DNA of 64,000 bases. It comes from Vezdaea acicularis (lineage: Eukaryota). How positions within the stretch are numbered: position 1 is the first letter of the stretch; each line of letters starts with the position of its first letter. A program made the position numbers and the translations under genes. The stretch covers positions 1-64,000 of the forward strand of contig JAPEUI010000026.1 of assembly GCA_026025075.1 (NCBI GenBank), given 5' to 3'. Under the pieces are notes generated by a model. The model did not search any database, was not told the DNA's origin, and worked only from the letters and a program-made list of their open reading frames with translations. This document shows positions 49,789 to 63,081 of this stretch, in pieces.

Positions 49789-52700
49789 ATGGCAGGTCCA
49801 GGCTCTCAGAAGAGGAAGCGGACGGATGATGAAGGACCACGAGCAGCGCCCTATAGACCGCAAGATACCGATTTCAGCGGTCAACAACGCGGTGGCTACC
49901 GAGGAGGAAGAGGTGGCGATCCCAATAGAGGTAATCGGAGACACAGTAGAGGAGGTCGAGGAGGCACTGGCGGTCATCGAGGCGGAGCTGGTCAACGACA
50001 GGATGGACGAAATTCTTGGAGTTCTACCGTCCCTAGTCCAACTCAAAATTTTCCCAACGCCATGTCACCGCCGCCGACTAACACATCGAACCCTCCTAAC
50101 ACTGAAGACTCATATACACGGCAGACTCCATTACAGTCAATAAGCATTAACAAACCGAATGGTCAAGCCACCTCCGAACCGAGTAACTTACAGAAACCTG
50201 ACGTGGAAATGGTAATGACAGACCCACATTACGACTGGGGCTTCCTTACGGATGACCTTATCTCTGATTGGCTCAGTACGGGAAAGCAAGCAATCCTCGA
50301 AATGGGCTTGCAGGCACGTCAAGATCATCTAAAGTTTGGTAATCTCATACAAGAGCTATTAAGAGCAGGTTTGGACGGCCGATTAGACCCAATTGTTGCA
50401 GGACATACCCTCGGAGACATAATTGGTGTCAACGCAACGAAACAAGAGACCCAGACCAATGGAGATGGTGAAGTTTCGAATGGACTCATTGTTACTGGCC
50501 TTGACCGGGCCTCCTTATTTGCAGATCACATATCCGCAATGTCAGATTCGGATACTAAAAAAATACGTTTACGAACTATCATTAGTGCTACGGGCATATC
50601 TCTTGATCTCTTACGAGAACAGATAGATACAGAAATACTGGTAAATCTTGCGCTTGTCCGTCCTACCTTTGGCCGAATGGGTATTCGAAAACAGACAAAC
50701 CTGATCTATAGGCAACAAAATTACAATCTTCTTCGAGAAGAGTCGGAAGGATTCTCAAAACTCATTACAGAGCTTTTCAACATCAGCGGCGCCCAGGTGC
50801 TATCTAGTGACGTCGTTGAAGCAACCTTCGAGCGGATGAAGGCGCTTATTGGAGCATTCGACTTAGACGTCGGACGCGTGCTTGACATTACTCTCGATGT
50901 CTTTGCTTCGGTCCTGGTGAAACAATACCGCTTCTTCGTCAAGCTATTGCGCTTGAGCTCTTGGTGGCCTAAAGAATCAACTTTCGAGGGCATTGAGACC
51001 GTGGATTTGGGATTCGATTCATTACCGCAATGGGCACGAGCGGAAAGTTCTTCTTGGACTGTTAGTGAGGAGCAGCAAACAATCATCGCTAGACGGCGGG
51101 AAGAGCGAGACCGGACCTTTTGGAACCGGGTACGAGAGGTTGGCATGGATGCGTTCTTTGAGCTTGGCGGGCGTCGTGTGATCGATCAGCAAGTCAAAGA
51201 CGCCCTTTGCAATGGTGAAGCAATCAGCGGAGTTCTCACCGATGAAGATCGCGAATGGGTAAAGAGAACAGGCACCATACCACCACAAGGTAATCGGATA
51301 GCAGCACAACTTCTTGGTTTCAAGTTGAAGTTCTATGCGTCTGAGGCTCGAGCTGCGTCAGAGGTATTACCGGAAAACTTGGTCATGCTTGCTGCCCTAT
51401 TGATAAAAATTGGCTTCATATCTTTTAAAGATCTCTATCCACATCTCTACCCGGCAGATGAAGATATGGCTAGTGTGAAAGAACTTAAGATGGCCGAGAA
51501 TGCCGAAAAAGAAAAGATGCGAAGACCAGGGGCTGGCGTAAAGAATGCCTTACTCACCGCTGGCGCATTGTCTGACGACAAGCCTCCACCTCCCGGAACG
51601 AGCATACAAAGCTCGACAACACGCGGCGTAGCGGCAATGAGGGTAGATGAAAAACCGGTCGGCGAGGCAGCTCTCAAGGGGGAAGAGAAATTGGCTGAGG
51701 CTCAAGACCAGAAAGTGCAATTGCTAAGAAGTCTACTGGCTATTGGCGCAATTCCTGAAGCACTGTACATGCTTGGTCGCTTCCCATGGCTGATGGACGC
51801 TTTTGCTGAGCTTTCAGAATATGTCCATCGCATAGTTCACCATTCACTCAGTAAAGTCTACGAGCCAACCCAACTCCTAGAGAGTGCTGGAGATCTTCAG
51901 GATAGGCTACCGATCCCTGATGTATCAAGTACTACTTTAGGAAAGCAAACACTCTCGTTATACAAGCCTCCAGCTCGAAAAACTTTAAGGTGGGGAAAGC
52001 TTGACAAAGAGGACATGGAGACCGGTAACGATTACCGTTTCTACTGGGATGACTGGGCAGACAACGTGCCCATTTGTCAGTCGATTGATGACGTGTTTCT
52101 TCTGTGCGATACCTTCCTTAAGATTTCCGGAGTAAAAATCGGAAGAGATGTGGCTTTACTGACAAAGCTCGCGCGTATTGGCAAATGGAGCATAGATAAC
52201 GATACCTCAGATGCCAACGTATCCCGATGGATCGACTTATCAAAGAGGCTGCTAGTGCCGGCACTTAGTCTTACGGGAAGAAATGCATCAACTGTGAATG
52301 AAGTTTACAGGCTGGTTAGATGTTTCCCGATAACAGTAAGGTACTCTATATATGCCGAGTGGAACCTTGGAGCTACGTCCAGAAATGACGACATCAGAGC
52401 TGCCTTCGAGCTGACCAAAGCCGAAACGAAAGACGTGCTAAAACGTATAAGCAAGACAACAGTTAAGACAATGGCTCGAGCACTTTCAAAAGTAGCCTAC
52501 AGCTCTCCAGGGGTCGTATTCTCCGTTTCATTTGACCAGATGGAAGCTTACGATAACCTTACGGAAACTTTTGTGGAATGCGCACGATATCTCACGGACC
52601 TTGCTTACGACATGTTGACGTGGTCATTGATGACCTCCATCGGAGGAAAAAACCGGAATAGAGTTCAAGCTGATGGCATGCTCACAAGCAAGTGGCTTAA

Positions 52701-55700
52701 CGTACTCTCAGCCTTCGCAGGGAAAGCCTTTAAACGATACTCCAACATGAATCCGGCGCCAATTCTTCACTATATCACCGATCAACTTTGCAAATCTAAT
52801 CTCAATGACCTTGTCATATTGACAGAGCTGATATCTTCGATGGGCGGTATACGATTAGAGACAAACTTCAGCTTCGACCAGACCGTGGCAATGACGGGTG
52901 GAAACCTTCTCCGGCACCAGACTCTCCTGCAGCTGCACGATGCACGCCACGAATCGAAAACAACCTCCCGACGACTCGCAGAATCTCTCACTGATTCCGG
53001 ACTTGCGGTACAGATCCTAATATCCATGGCCCAAGCTAGGCAGACCTGTATTTTTGGTCTGCCTGAGCCTGATTCACACCTCAAGCTGCTTGGTAATCTC
53101 TTTGACGAGACAAATCGTGCCCTTGCACAATACCTGGAATTTCTGCTCAGTAACCTGAACGATCATGATTGGAAAATCTTTCCGGGTGTGACAAGTCTGA
53201 TCCTAGACTATGGCTTAGACCCGAATGTCGCCTTCTGGGTCAGCCGACGTGTTATCCGTTCAGCAATTGCAGGATTTGACACTCAGAACGATACCCCAAA
53301 CGGCATGAAAGCCATGCAACCAGAAAAAGAGGTAGATCCTGCTAGTTCTGGGAAAGATGAGAACATAAATGACGTAGTGGACTCATCCGCAGAACGGCTA
53401 ACCCCTATTATTCAGTCGTTGCAATCCAAAGTTACAGCTCCACAACAGCGCTCAGAGGCTGATGCTACTCAGGAGAAGCTTGAAGATGCAGCAGAAGGTA
53501 GAGATGAAAATAATTTGAAAGCACTGCCTAGGCTGGATGGCGTTTCACCGTCCAGGGACGGAGATACGGCGATGAAAGGCGTTGCAGACAATCCAGAAAG
53601 TCCTATATCGACAATGGGGGCAGGGTCATCTGATGCTGAGGATCCATGGCATCCAGTATTAAAGCCTATCATGGAGAAGATCAAGCCATCCCTAGCGGAT
53701 GACGAGTGGGCACATCTGAGTCTGGGATTCTATGTCACATTTTGGCAGCTGTCTCTGGCTGACTTAGGTGTCCCTGAAAAAAGCTATCTCCAAGAAATCA
53801 CACGTCTTAGGACAAAGTATATTTCCGTAAACTCAGACAGGTCTGATACAAGTCTTGCCGGCCGTGAGAGTCGCGAGAGAGAGAAGAAACACATCGACGA
53901 AACTTCACACCGCTTAAAGAAGGAAATGGAAGAATTAAAAGTAGCGTATAGGCATACGAGAAGTCGGCTTCTGAGAGAGAAATCGCACTGGTTTGTCGGC
54001 CTTTCAACAAAACCTAATCAGCTTGCAGAAGCATTACTAGAGAAGTGCTTCATTCCTCGGCTTATACTTACACCTGAAGATGCTATATTCTGCTCCAGAA
54101 TAATCAAGTTCATGCACGCAAATGCAACTCCCAAGTTCAAGACAATCGCTCTGTTTGACGCCATATTTCGCAAGAACCAGATTGCAAATTTGGTCTTTAC
54201 TTGCACTGCTCGCGAAGCAGAAAACCTTGGTACATTCCTGACCGAAGTGCTAAGCTATCTCAGCCGATGGCATAAGGACAAGGACGTGTATGAGAAAGAA
54301 GCTTATGGTCCAAAAAGAGACCTTGCCGGGTTCTCCACCAAGACAATAGATGGAAAACCTGTGGAGTTTGACTATGAAGATTTCCGCCGCATACTTTTTA
54401 AGTGGCATAACTGCCTAACGAACGCTCTCAAAGCCTGCCTCTCTAGTCATGAGTACATGCATATTCGAAATGCGATAATCCTACTCAGGGCGATCAACAC
54501 AAGCTTTCCAGCAGTCAATTTTATGGGAATTAAACTGTTAGAGGACATCAAAATGTTAGGTGATGCTGAGGCTAGGGAAGATCTCAAGCTCGCTGCAAAG
54601 TCACTCTATGGCAGCTTGAAGCGTCGGGACAAAGAGTGGATGTTCCCGATGGAATTCTGTATTGTAAGTCGGGATGCGCAGCCAACCGATGGGATTAAAC
54701 TAACTTTAATAAGCTTAACCAGTCCCAGCAAGCCGCCACTGAGCAACGTGCAAGTTTAATGCATGCGGAGTCAGCCCATCTTGGTGGAAAGGTCCTGGAT
54801 GCTAAGGCCCCAGAGTTTAGACCAGGCCCGCAGCAAGGGTCAGTCTTTTTCTTTGCCAGATTGCTAATAATCTTTTATATTAATTGCTGTCTGAGTAGTT
54901 CTTCATCTGTTAAGCCTGCTTCGGAATCTGATGACGGTGAAATCGACGAGAAGAAAACAACGGAAGTTGGCGCTCAGGCTCTAGAAGTAGGGGTTATCGC
55001 CACAACATCATCCCACAATACGACACCCAAAGACTTGGCAACAGGTTTATCTAAGCAAGTCCATGTGGTGATACAAAATGACGATATGACTAGTGGCCGT
55101 CGCGAGGCTTCACCCGTTGGAGGGCGAAGCACGCCTAGAGCTGACCAGGCCCAGATCTCTGCAAACAACTCCAGAGGCGAAGATAGAGCGGTCATCTCTG
55201 GTTCATTAGAGCAGTCACAAAGCATTCCTCATCGGCCTGATCCCATTAGACAGGCGTCAGCAAACTCACTCTCGAATAGGCATCACAGTTCATTGCCTAA
55301 CAGACCAGACCCACCTTCTACAAGAATGCATGAGAGGCGTGTAATGGATAGACGGGAACCGCAATATAGTGAGCATGGACGCCTAGAAAGACCCATCAAT
55401 CTTCCACAGGAGCTATCGCGGGATCATCGCGATCCGACATTACGCCGTGGACCGGAGAGATCAGGCGGTCGACCTCCAACCTCAGACTGGAATCATCAAG
55501 CACCCGGCTGGAGTGGACATCGCGATGATCAGAATGGTCTCTCAAATGAACGACACACTCGACCTCCTCCTAGAAATGCCACGAACGTCAGAGGCGGGGG
55601 GACACCTGAGCAGGGAGGTCAGACGCAGAAAGAGTGGCCTACCAGGGAAGTTCAAAACAATGGTGCAAGGACTCCTCCAGCCCTAGCTAGACAGACCCGA

Positions 55701-57383
55701 AATGCAGTGCAGGAACCTACGATGGGACTGTCTAGACCATCAAACATCAACCCTGCACAACGCTACACAGACCGCGCTCCATTCATTCAGAGCGATCGTG
55801 ACCGTCATTCGGACCCCGGTCGAGATATAATCGATCGCAGAGATAATGGACCCAGAACCTCTTCACCTCGGCGTACAAATGAAACACGGAATACTGACGC
55901 ACCACGTGGTCCTCCCTATCGTCCAGAAGACCGCAATCATACATCTGATAGAACCAATCGAGCCGATGCTAATTGGAGCGGTCATGGACGGCCTGAAGAT
56001 TCACGTACCGCGCCTACTGGTCCTCGGGGGGAGAGACCTGGGTGGAACGGGCCTCCGGACTCGCCCAGCTCTTTCAGTCAAGGCACTGGCGATATGTTTG
56101 CCTCAAGCGCAGCACATTCTCGACCATCAGACAGAGATCATGGTCGGCTCAGCAGAGATCTTCGACAATCATCTAGCATGCAAGAATCCAGCTACGGTAG
56201 ACTAAACCGGGGTTCTGATATACCCTCTGGACCTCGCGCTCCCAGTAGTCAGGGCGAGCACAATGTTTCGAATGGTTCTCAACAATTGGCTGATGCACGT
56301 CTACCGGACCATTCGAACCCCAACCATAATCGTGCGCCATCGAGTTCAGAAAGACCGCCACCCACGGGTCCATCTGGGAGAAGCACTCGACGGTCTGGGC
56401 AGGCACAGTTTGATCCTCCATCAGCTCCGTCGTCGGCGCCTCCTACTCCTGTCACAGATTCTAAGGCACCTGATCTATTAAGTGTGCATCCAGACCGACG
56501 ACCAAAATTGCAAAACACATCTGACGCTAGCGGAAACACAAGATCTGCTTCCCTCGATACCCGCTCTCACGCGTACAATAATGCAGCACAGCTATCTTCA
56601 CCAGTAATTGGAGGCCCCCCTTCAGGACCGCGTAATCCTATGCAACAAACGCATGGCTCAGCAGGGATCTCTCCAACCTCGCGAGATCTTCCCACTGGGC
56701 CAAACGAAAAAGACAGAGGCGACCAGCGCAGATTTCAAGGTCTAAATGGGGTACTTCAACAGGCCGCTGGCTCTGAGCGTGTAGATCGGTTCGAACGGGG
56801 AGGCAGCGCCAGAGGTCGCGGAGGTAGGGGGGGATATTCAGCATTTACGAATACTCAGAACAATCCGCCGCTTTCAAGTGGCCGCTCTGACATTTACGGC
56901 GACTGGATGAAGGACAGCTCAGCTGCACCCCCTTTGGAAGAGAAACTGCATGGCCAGCCGATCCCATCTCGCGATGGGCCCAGAGAAAGTGATCGCCGGT
57001 CTGCCCGGCACCACCCGTCTCGCTCCCAGAGTCGTGATAGGGGATCTCTTCGCCTAGAGAGTGAGCGTGCTCCTCGACGAGAAGAGAATCGTGATCGCAG
57101 ACCAGGTGCAAGAGATGAAAGAGAGCACCGACGACCTCGTGACGACGGTCGAGACTACGAGCGTAGCGATGTAAGAGAGGGCCGTGATCCTCGGGACGAA
57201 TTCAAAAGGAGGGAGAGTGATGATTCTCGGGGCTGGGCAGTAGAGGGAAAGATTTATGAACGCCCTGACGAACGGGACGTTCGACTTGAAGGACCAGGAA
57301 GTGGAAGGAAGAGGGGAAGAGGGGGCGAAGAGCCCGTGGCAGATCGCAGATTTAACGAAAGCAAGCGTCCCCGACGGACTTAA
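49789..57383 (+). CDS. THO2: THO complex subunit 2 with long RG/RD-rich disordered C-terminus, 3 exons
   Basis: TNLIYRQQNYNLLREESEGFSKL, LIGAFDLDVGRVLD, AAQLLGFKL, TKDVLKRISK, YDNL...ARYLTDLAYD, FYVTFWQLSL, EYMHIRNAII. Introns from 54664 (to 54713 or 54722) and 54839-54898. Confidence 0.96.
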
Positions 57384-58991
57384 GCATTTGTGGGGAGAGT
57401 TTGATGCATTTTCTAGGTTTGAAAAGTAAGCGTAAAGCGCTGTATCATAGATGCATGGGATTCAGCGACGGAGTTTCTCTTCGGGTTTGATTGCTTGCGT
57501 CTCAACTGAGCATTTAGAAGGCGCAGTGCACCGGGGACATGAGCGCTTTCTTGTACCGCGTACCCGCCACTCTCACGATATCTGTCGAAGAGTTTCTTAA
57601 AGAGTGTCGTTTGTAGACGCGCTTCAATGAAAGTCTGATGACGAACTACGAAAATTTGTTCGCCTCGATTCAATGTGAGCCTATTCCAGTTGCGATTGGA
57701 CGTGATCGTCAAGTGATTTAAGGAGCTTGACATGGACTTTACTCACTGTCATCAGCTCTGAAACCCGAGTTTAAATTTACGAACAAAATCTTGGATGACT
57801 GCGACGATCATCTTTCCAGATGGGATTAACTTCTAAGAGCCAGCGTTCACTTACTATCTTTATCTCCGCCTCGACCTTCACTCGTACGTCTTTTCATTTT
57901 TGAACCTTATGGTAAAGCTGCGCTTGTGTCTCCAAGAAAGGCCTCCTTCAAAGTTCTCGCTTTCCTTTCTGAATCCCACGTTCTGGGCTTTCTCTATTGT
58001 GTTCTGTTCGATTAAAACCGCTATATCTATCTATATGCTGAATATGTTTTCCGTAGTTTGTTAGACGTCTTGTCAAATCTTTACTCACGGTGCTGTTTCT
58101 CCGCTGGTGCAGTGGCTGTAATGTCTCTTTTCTTTCTGTAGCTCTTCACCTCCTCAGATGCATTTACATTTCATCTGGGAGCGAATCACAACATTGCAAA
58201 GGGCCATCGCTAACGGGGCGTGTTTTGTACAGACTGCACCATTGTACCTGGCTGGAGTATGTCACTTTGGATAGCTAAAAGTTATTCGCTTCAGATATTG
58301 CTCGACAGAAGTCCAGCAGGGGCTCTCTTATGTAGAGAAATTTTCAAGATAACGGCCTGTAGGGTGAAGCCCCAATTAGCCACATGGCTTATGGACGCGG
58401 CAAGATGTTCAATCCAGTGTGCCGGTCCCTTACCAGGAGGCTGCGGAGGTTCTTGAGGTTAACTTCCCTCTCGTTATAGTCATGCAGAGAATACAGATTG
58501 TTGCTTTAAGAAGGGGAAGGGGAGAGATAGAAAATATATCAATTTACGATGTTGTAGTTGCTAAGCTCTTGTAGTTGCCTGTTCACTCGTGGTGCCTGGT
58601 ATGGAGCTAGGCTACATTGTCTCACCATTTTCTCAATTCGACAACGTTTACAGTGGAAGCTCTCACGGAAATGGTGGCAAGACTGAGTAGCAGATTAGTC
58701 GAAATGAAGTCTAGAGTACCTTCATGTGACCCCAACGCTTTATTGGAGCTTGTGCAAGTTATTTGATCCTAACAACGCAAGAGAAGTTGCGCTCTTCACA
58801 TCGATATGTCATTTGAAGCATTATCCGATTGTTGCTCATGCCCAGATAGGTTGGCCACAAGTAGAGTGATCCCCTTAGTCTAAGTGGTCTTTGGCGTGTT
58901 CATCGTGAATTGAAATGGTGCTCGTTGTAGCAAGAACACCCCATCCACTGCACAGAAAAAGAAGTTAGAGCTTAATATTTAGCACATATAC

Positions 58992-59975
58992 TTAGTATTC
59001 ATATTCAAAACAGTATCTGCACAGTTCTTTGGTGAGACCAAGGTTTTTCTTGATGGTGAACGTGCCTTGACAACTATGAACAATGCGGCCATATTTAGGA
59101 ATAATGTGGCTATCCTCGGCGATGTTCATGAGGAGGTCGTACGTAAATGCGCTTTGTACTTGTAGCACGGCATCGAAATCCTCTCTCTCTTTGAGGATCG
59201 CAAAATTGGAAGTTGCCACAGCCAGGGCAACCTCATGAATGCCAGCACCTAATGGAATATTGTCATATATTTCATGAATTGCTTGTGAGAAGTCTTTTGA
59301 ATTCCAGCCATCGAGTGCCCGGTGAGCGAACTTAGCTTTGGAGAGGACTTTTAGTCCATTGATCCCAAGTTTGTCTGCAAGGGTATAGACGCGAGTGTTG
59401 CAAAGTAGGGTAGTTGAAGAGGTCACCGGGATAGTCGAAGAGGTTAATATTTTCGTTGAAGACCTGTCCGAGATTTTGGTGGCCCCCGTGATGCCATAAT
59501 CTAGAATAAAATTTTAGACAAAACGGAATGAATCTATTGTCAGTAAGCTTCCACATACCGAACGATGACCAATCCTCCATGTCGATGTCATCGCGATAGT
59601 CTGAACGATATATGTAGCTTATCATCTTCTCTACAATGACAGAGTCATCATCAGGAAGCTTGATGACTCCATCATATGCTTCCTAAACAGTGAAGTGATC
59701 TCAGCGATGTGCTACGAGCAACTAGGGAGCTGTAGACTCACCTTGAAAGCTCCGTCGCAAGCTTTGGAGAAGAAATCAGAAGCAGGGCACACAATGGAAC
59801 GATGGACTTTGAACTTCTTCTCGCCACACTCAATGACCAAGTCGCTATATTTTCCCGAACGAAAGAGGCTAAGTTTCTGTTCTTAGGAGGACGCTCCAAT
59901 GGTCCTGAAGGTTCCTTACGAAGAGTTGCGAGCTACCATATCTTGAAAACTTGTAAGCTCATGGGTACCCCCCAT
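58992..59975 (-). CDS. BTB/POZ-domain protein with short C-terminal HxC..CxxC motif, 4 exons
   Basis: SGKYSDLVIECGEKKFKVHRSIVCPASDFFSKACDGAFK|EAYDGVIKLPDDD..VEKMISYIYRSDY...VYTLADKLGINGLK. Introns 59919-59869, ~59741-59683 and 59558-59501 restore one frame. Confidence 0.88.
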
Positions 59976-60411
59976 CACGAAATTCCAGAAAACTGGCACC
60001 GCAGGTGTCTAAATCAGGCTTAAAAATGCAAATTGGAAAGATGATAGATACTTCTCAGAATAGAAGCTCAAGAGCAAGGAATATTGAAGAAGCAAAAAAA
60101 CCAGTAAAATGGGACGTCGAACACGCCGTTTCGAAGGTGCTTCTTTGTGAGGCGAAGCCGATTTCAAGAAGCAAGCCAACTATGTATGGTTTGAGTGAGC
60201 GAGGAGAACGACTGCAATACGGATACATATTTATGCGTCGCTGCATGTAAAGGAACAGCTACCAATTTCAATGAAGCTGATTTTAAGGTGAACTCGATTT
60301 AAATTCTATTTTCTCTGCGGTAGATATGTTTTTACATGCTAGTTAAGGCAAAGTGACCTGCTATTTACACAAAATACTGACTGCTTGTCCTTTCATTGAT
60401 CATATAATTTT

Positions 60412-61311
60412 CTACTGGAACTGATCTTGACCAAGTTTACCAGCTAAAGTAAGCTTCAGCTTGTTCTCGCCAATAATCTCTTCTTTTCTAGCCTCCAGTT
60501 CTTTAACATCCCAGTTGGTGTGGATATAGCGGCCACTCAAAAATTTCGCGGCCGGCGATGAAAGCCAGGCAGCTGTGCCACCGACAAGAGCTGGCGTGTC
60601 ATGGGAGAACCTCTCGAATTGTGGAGTTGTCATATCGGTTTTGACGACCCCAGGATGCAAGGCAACCGCCGTGACATTCGGGTTCTCTACGGCGATGTAT
60701 TCAGCCATTTGGAGGTTAACGTTCTTAGTCAAACCATAGCTGGAACCTCTAGGCAAGACAGAGAAAGCAAGGGCGGAACTGAGTATCACAATAGAGCCTT
60801 GACGCTCCTTGCCGAGCAGATTAAGGAAGTACCGCGTCATCAAATACGTTCCAAGAACATTGACCTGGAAGTCGCCCCACCATGCTTTGGTGTTAGATTC
60901 AGCCCACGTATTTTCCTCGGTGAATACACCAGCGTTGTTGATAAGAACGTCAGCGTGTCCGAATTTCACTTTGATCGTTTCAAATAGAGCCTTGACACTC
61001 TCTTCATTGGTGGTATCTGTAGGGATTGATATGACGTTAACATTTGGGTTGGCTTTGAGAGCAAGTGTTTCCGTCTCCCTCAAGCGCTCTATTCTGCGGC
61101 CAACAAGGATAAGAGCTTTGGGCGAGGTTTTGGCAAAGGAGACGGCTAGACCCCTTTGACCAATTCCTGAGGAGGCCCCCGAGACAACGATGACCTTTCC
61201 AGCTTGAGAGAGGGCCGGTGCGCTTGGATCAATTGCTGGGTACTCGTCTATATGAGTTGACTTGGTGAAAGCCATGGAGGTTACGAAGTAATCTTCAGGA
61301 AGAGTATCCAT
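60412..61311 (-). CDS. Classical short-chain dehydrogenase/reductase, single exon
   Basis: SGASSGIG (TGxxxGxG-like), DVLINNAG, catalytic S and YGLTK (YxxxK), HPGVVKTDM, FLSGRYIHTNWDV. Confidence 0.93.
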   Translation of the reverse strand: MDTLPEDYFVTSMAFTKSTHIDEYPAIDPSAPALSQAGKVIVVSGASSGIGQRGLAVSFAKTSPKALILVGRRIERLRETETLALKANPNVNVISIPTDTTNEESVKALFETIKVKFGHADVLINNAGVFTEENTWAESNTKAWWGDFQVNVLGTYLMTRYFLNLLGKERQGSIVILSSALAFSVLPRGSSYGLTKNVNLQMAEYIAVENPNVTAVALHPGVVKTDMTTPQFERFSHDTPALVGGTAAWLSSPAAKFLSGRYIHTNWDVKELEARKEEIIGENKLKLTLAGKLGQDQFQ

Positions 61312-63081
61312 CGGGTTTGAGGTTGAGAGTGGGAACTGAGACGATTGCTCTGATAATAATTTGATGGTGTGAGCCGATGCGAGGGCTGAAAGGTCTTCTT
61401 ATATACTGCTCGTACTTTAGTTGGTAGCTTTGATTGTTGCCCGGGATATTTTGAGCGTAGAATCTGATGAAGAAAGAGGGCTTCATGGTGGCTGTCTTGG
61501 TCCTTTATATACTCTATGATTCTTTCCTCAAGCATCATGATTGTGGCCTAGTACTAGCAAAATGTTCAGCTAAGCTGGACTGGAGCATAGTTCTGGAAAA
61601 GCTCGTTCTTAATCCGTGGCTTACGAAGCAGAAGGTGGTGATATGACAAGTAATCATATCTGAGAACAGATGAAGGCATTTAGTCAGATCATAGATCATG
61701 CGCATGGCGTTTTGTGCCACTCTAACCCGTAGGGTATATCCTAAGGGCTTCACACCTACGGTCACGTTAATGATCGGAAGCAGATTACTGGCGCGGGTTA
61801 AGCCAACGAAGTCGATCCATTACTGAACGAAAGTGGATCAGACATCTACGCAAACGAGTGGATTACCAAGTTTCGTCAGTAATCAGAAAAGTTACCGTAG
61901 TATTCCGACAAGAGCTCGAACCGACTAGCTCTGAATAATCGCTTCTTGGCATTGTACCTTTGGCGTAGTCTGTGGCCGAAGCTTCCAGCGTTCCCAGTCG
62001 AAGCCTAATCTGGCGCCTTACTATATTAACACTTCCTCTGCTAGAGCTTCGGGTTTGGACTCCGATCCGCTTCGTGAGATTACGATAACCGATTACCAAG
62101 TCATTACCGGGACGGGAGCTAGCTAGTACCGGGAATTCGCTGCGGGTTGCTCATGAAAACTGGTTGTTTTTGACGCAATGCAGAGATACCTACGGTGCTT
62201 CAAATCAGTTATGCTCGCTAGAGCAGATAGAGAAATACAAGCTTCTGAATATGTGCGAGCTAGATTTGCGTTAAAAGAAAAGCTTGCATGTGCAATTTAA
62301 TTTGGCGCAAAATAGTCGGTTTATCGCCTAAACGTCACCAACCTACAGTAGCCCCCTGTAAATTAGCCTGCGAAGACCCCGCGCTGAGTACGCATCACGT
62401 GAGTATCGTCATAGCGGGAAGCATTGTGGAAGAGCTCCTCAGCATTCAATCGTATCAATCATCAAGAGACATCTATTGACTACTATCAACCACTTGCTGG
62501 CTGCTGCCACTGCCTTTCGTATCGTATGCGACTACCCTGCTTGAGACTTGTCTTTTGCCTGCCCGTACGCACGCGCCTTACACTTGAGCGCCTTCGAGTT
62601 TGTCCACAGCCTCGCGATAGTTTTCGCGTGAGCCTTAGCGAGGTTTCACCATGTTCGTCCAGATAACCCATACAAGCCTAACATTATCAATCCTTGCAAG
62701 AGAAGCTCCCGCGCCCTAAAACGCATGGGCTTCAACCCGAGTCGGTGATTGGATTGGCTTGACACTACTCATAAGCCGCCTATGCTAATGCAGATCGCAA
62801 CCCGCACTGGCCAATTCTGCTCTACAGTAGCTATCCGGAGCTTCCGCAGTGTGATCCTCCCGGATGCTGTGGGTACTTCTCCACAATGCCCTCCCAAGCT
62901 TGAGGTGAGAAGAGCTTGAAAATTCCGCAGCGAAGATCAAGCTTGCTATCCTTTTCACCCCCACAACTCTTAATTTTGTGTGGTACCGCATAGACTACTC
63001 CTGGTGTCCAAACTCGTAGTTCTCCCAACACGAATTTGTAGCCTTTCCTATCCACCATTGCGTCTCGATATTTCTTTCAAG

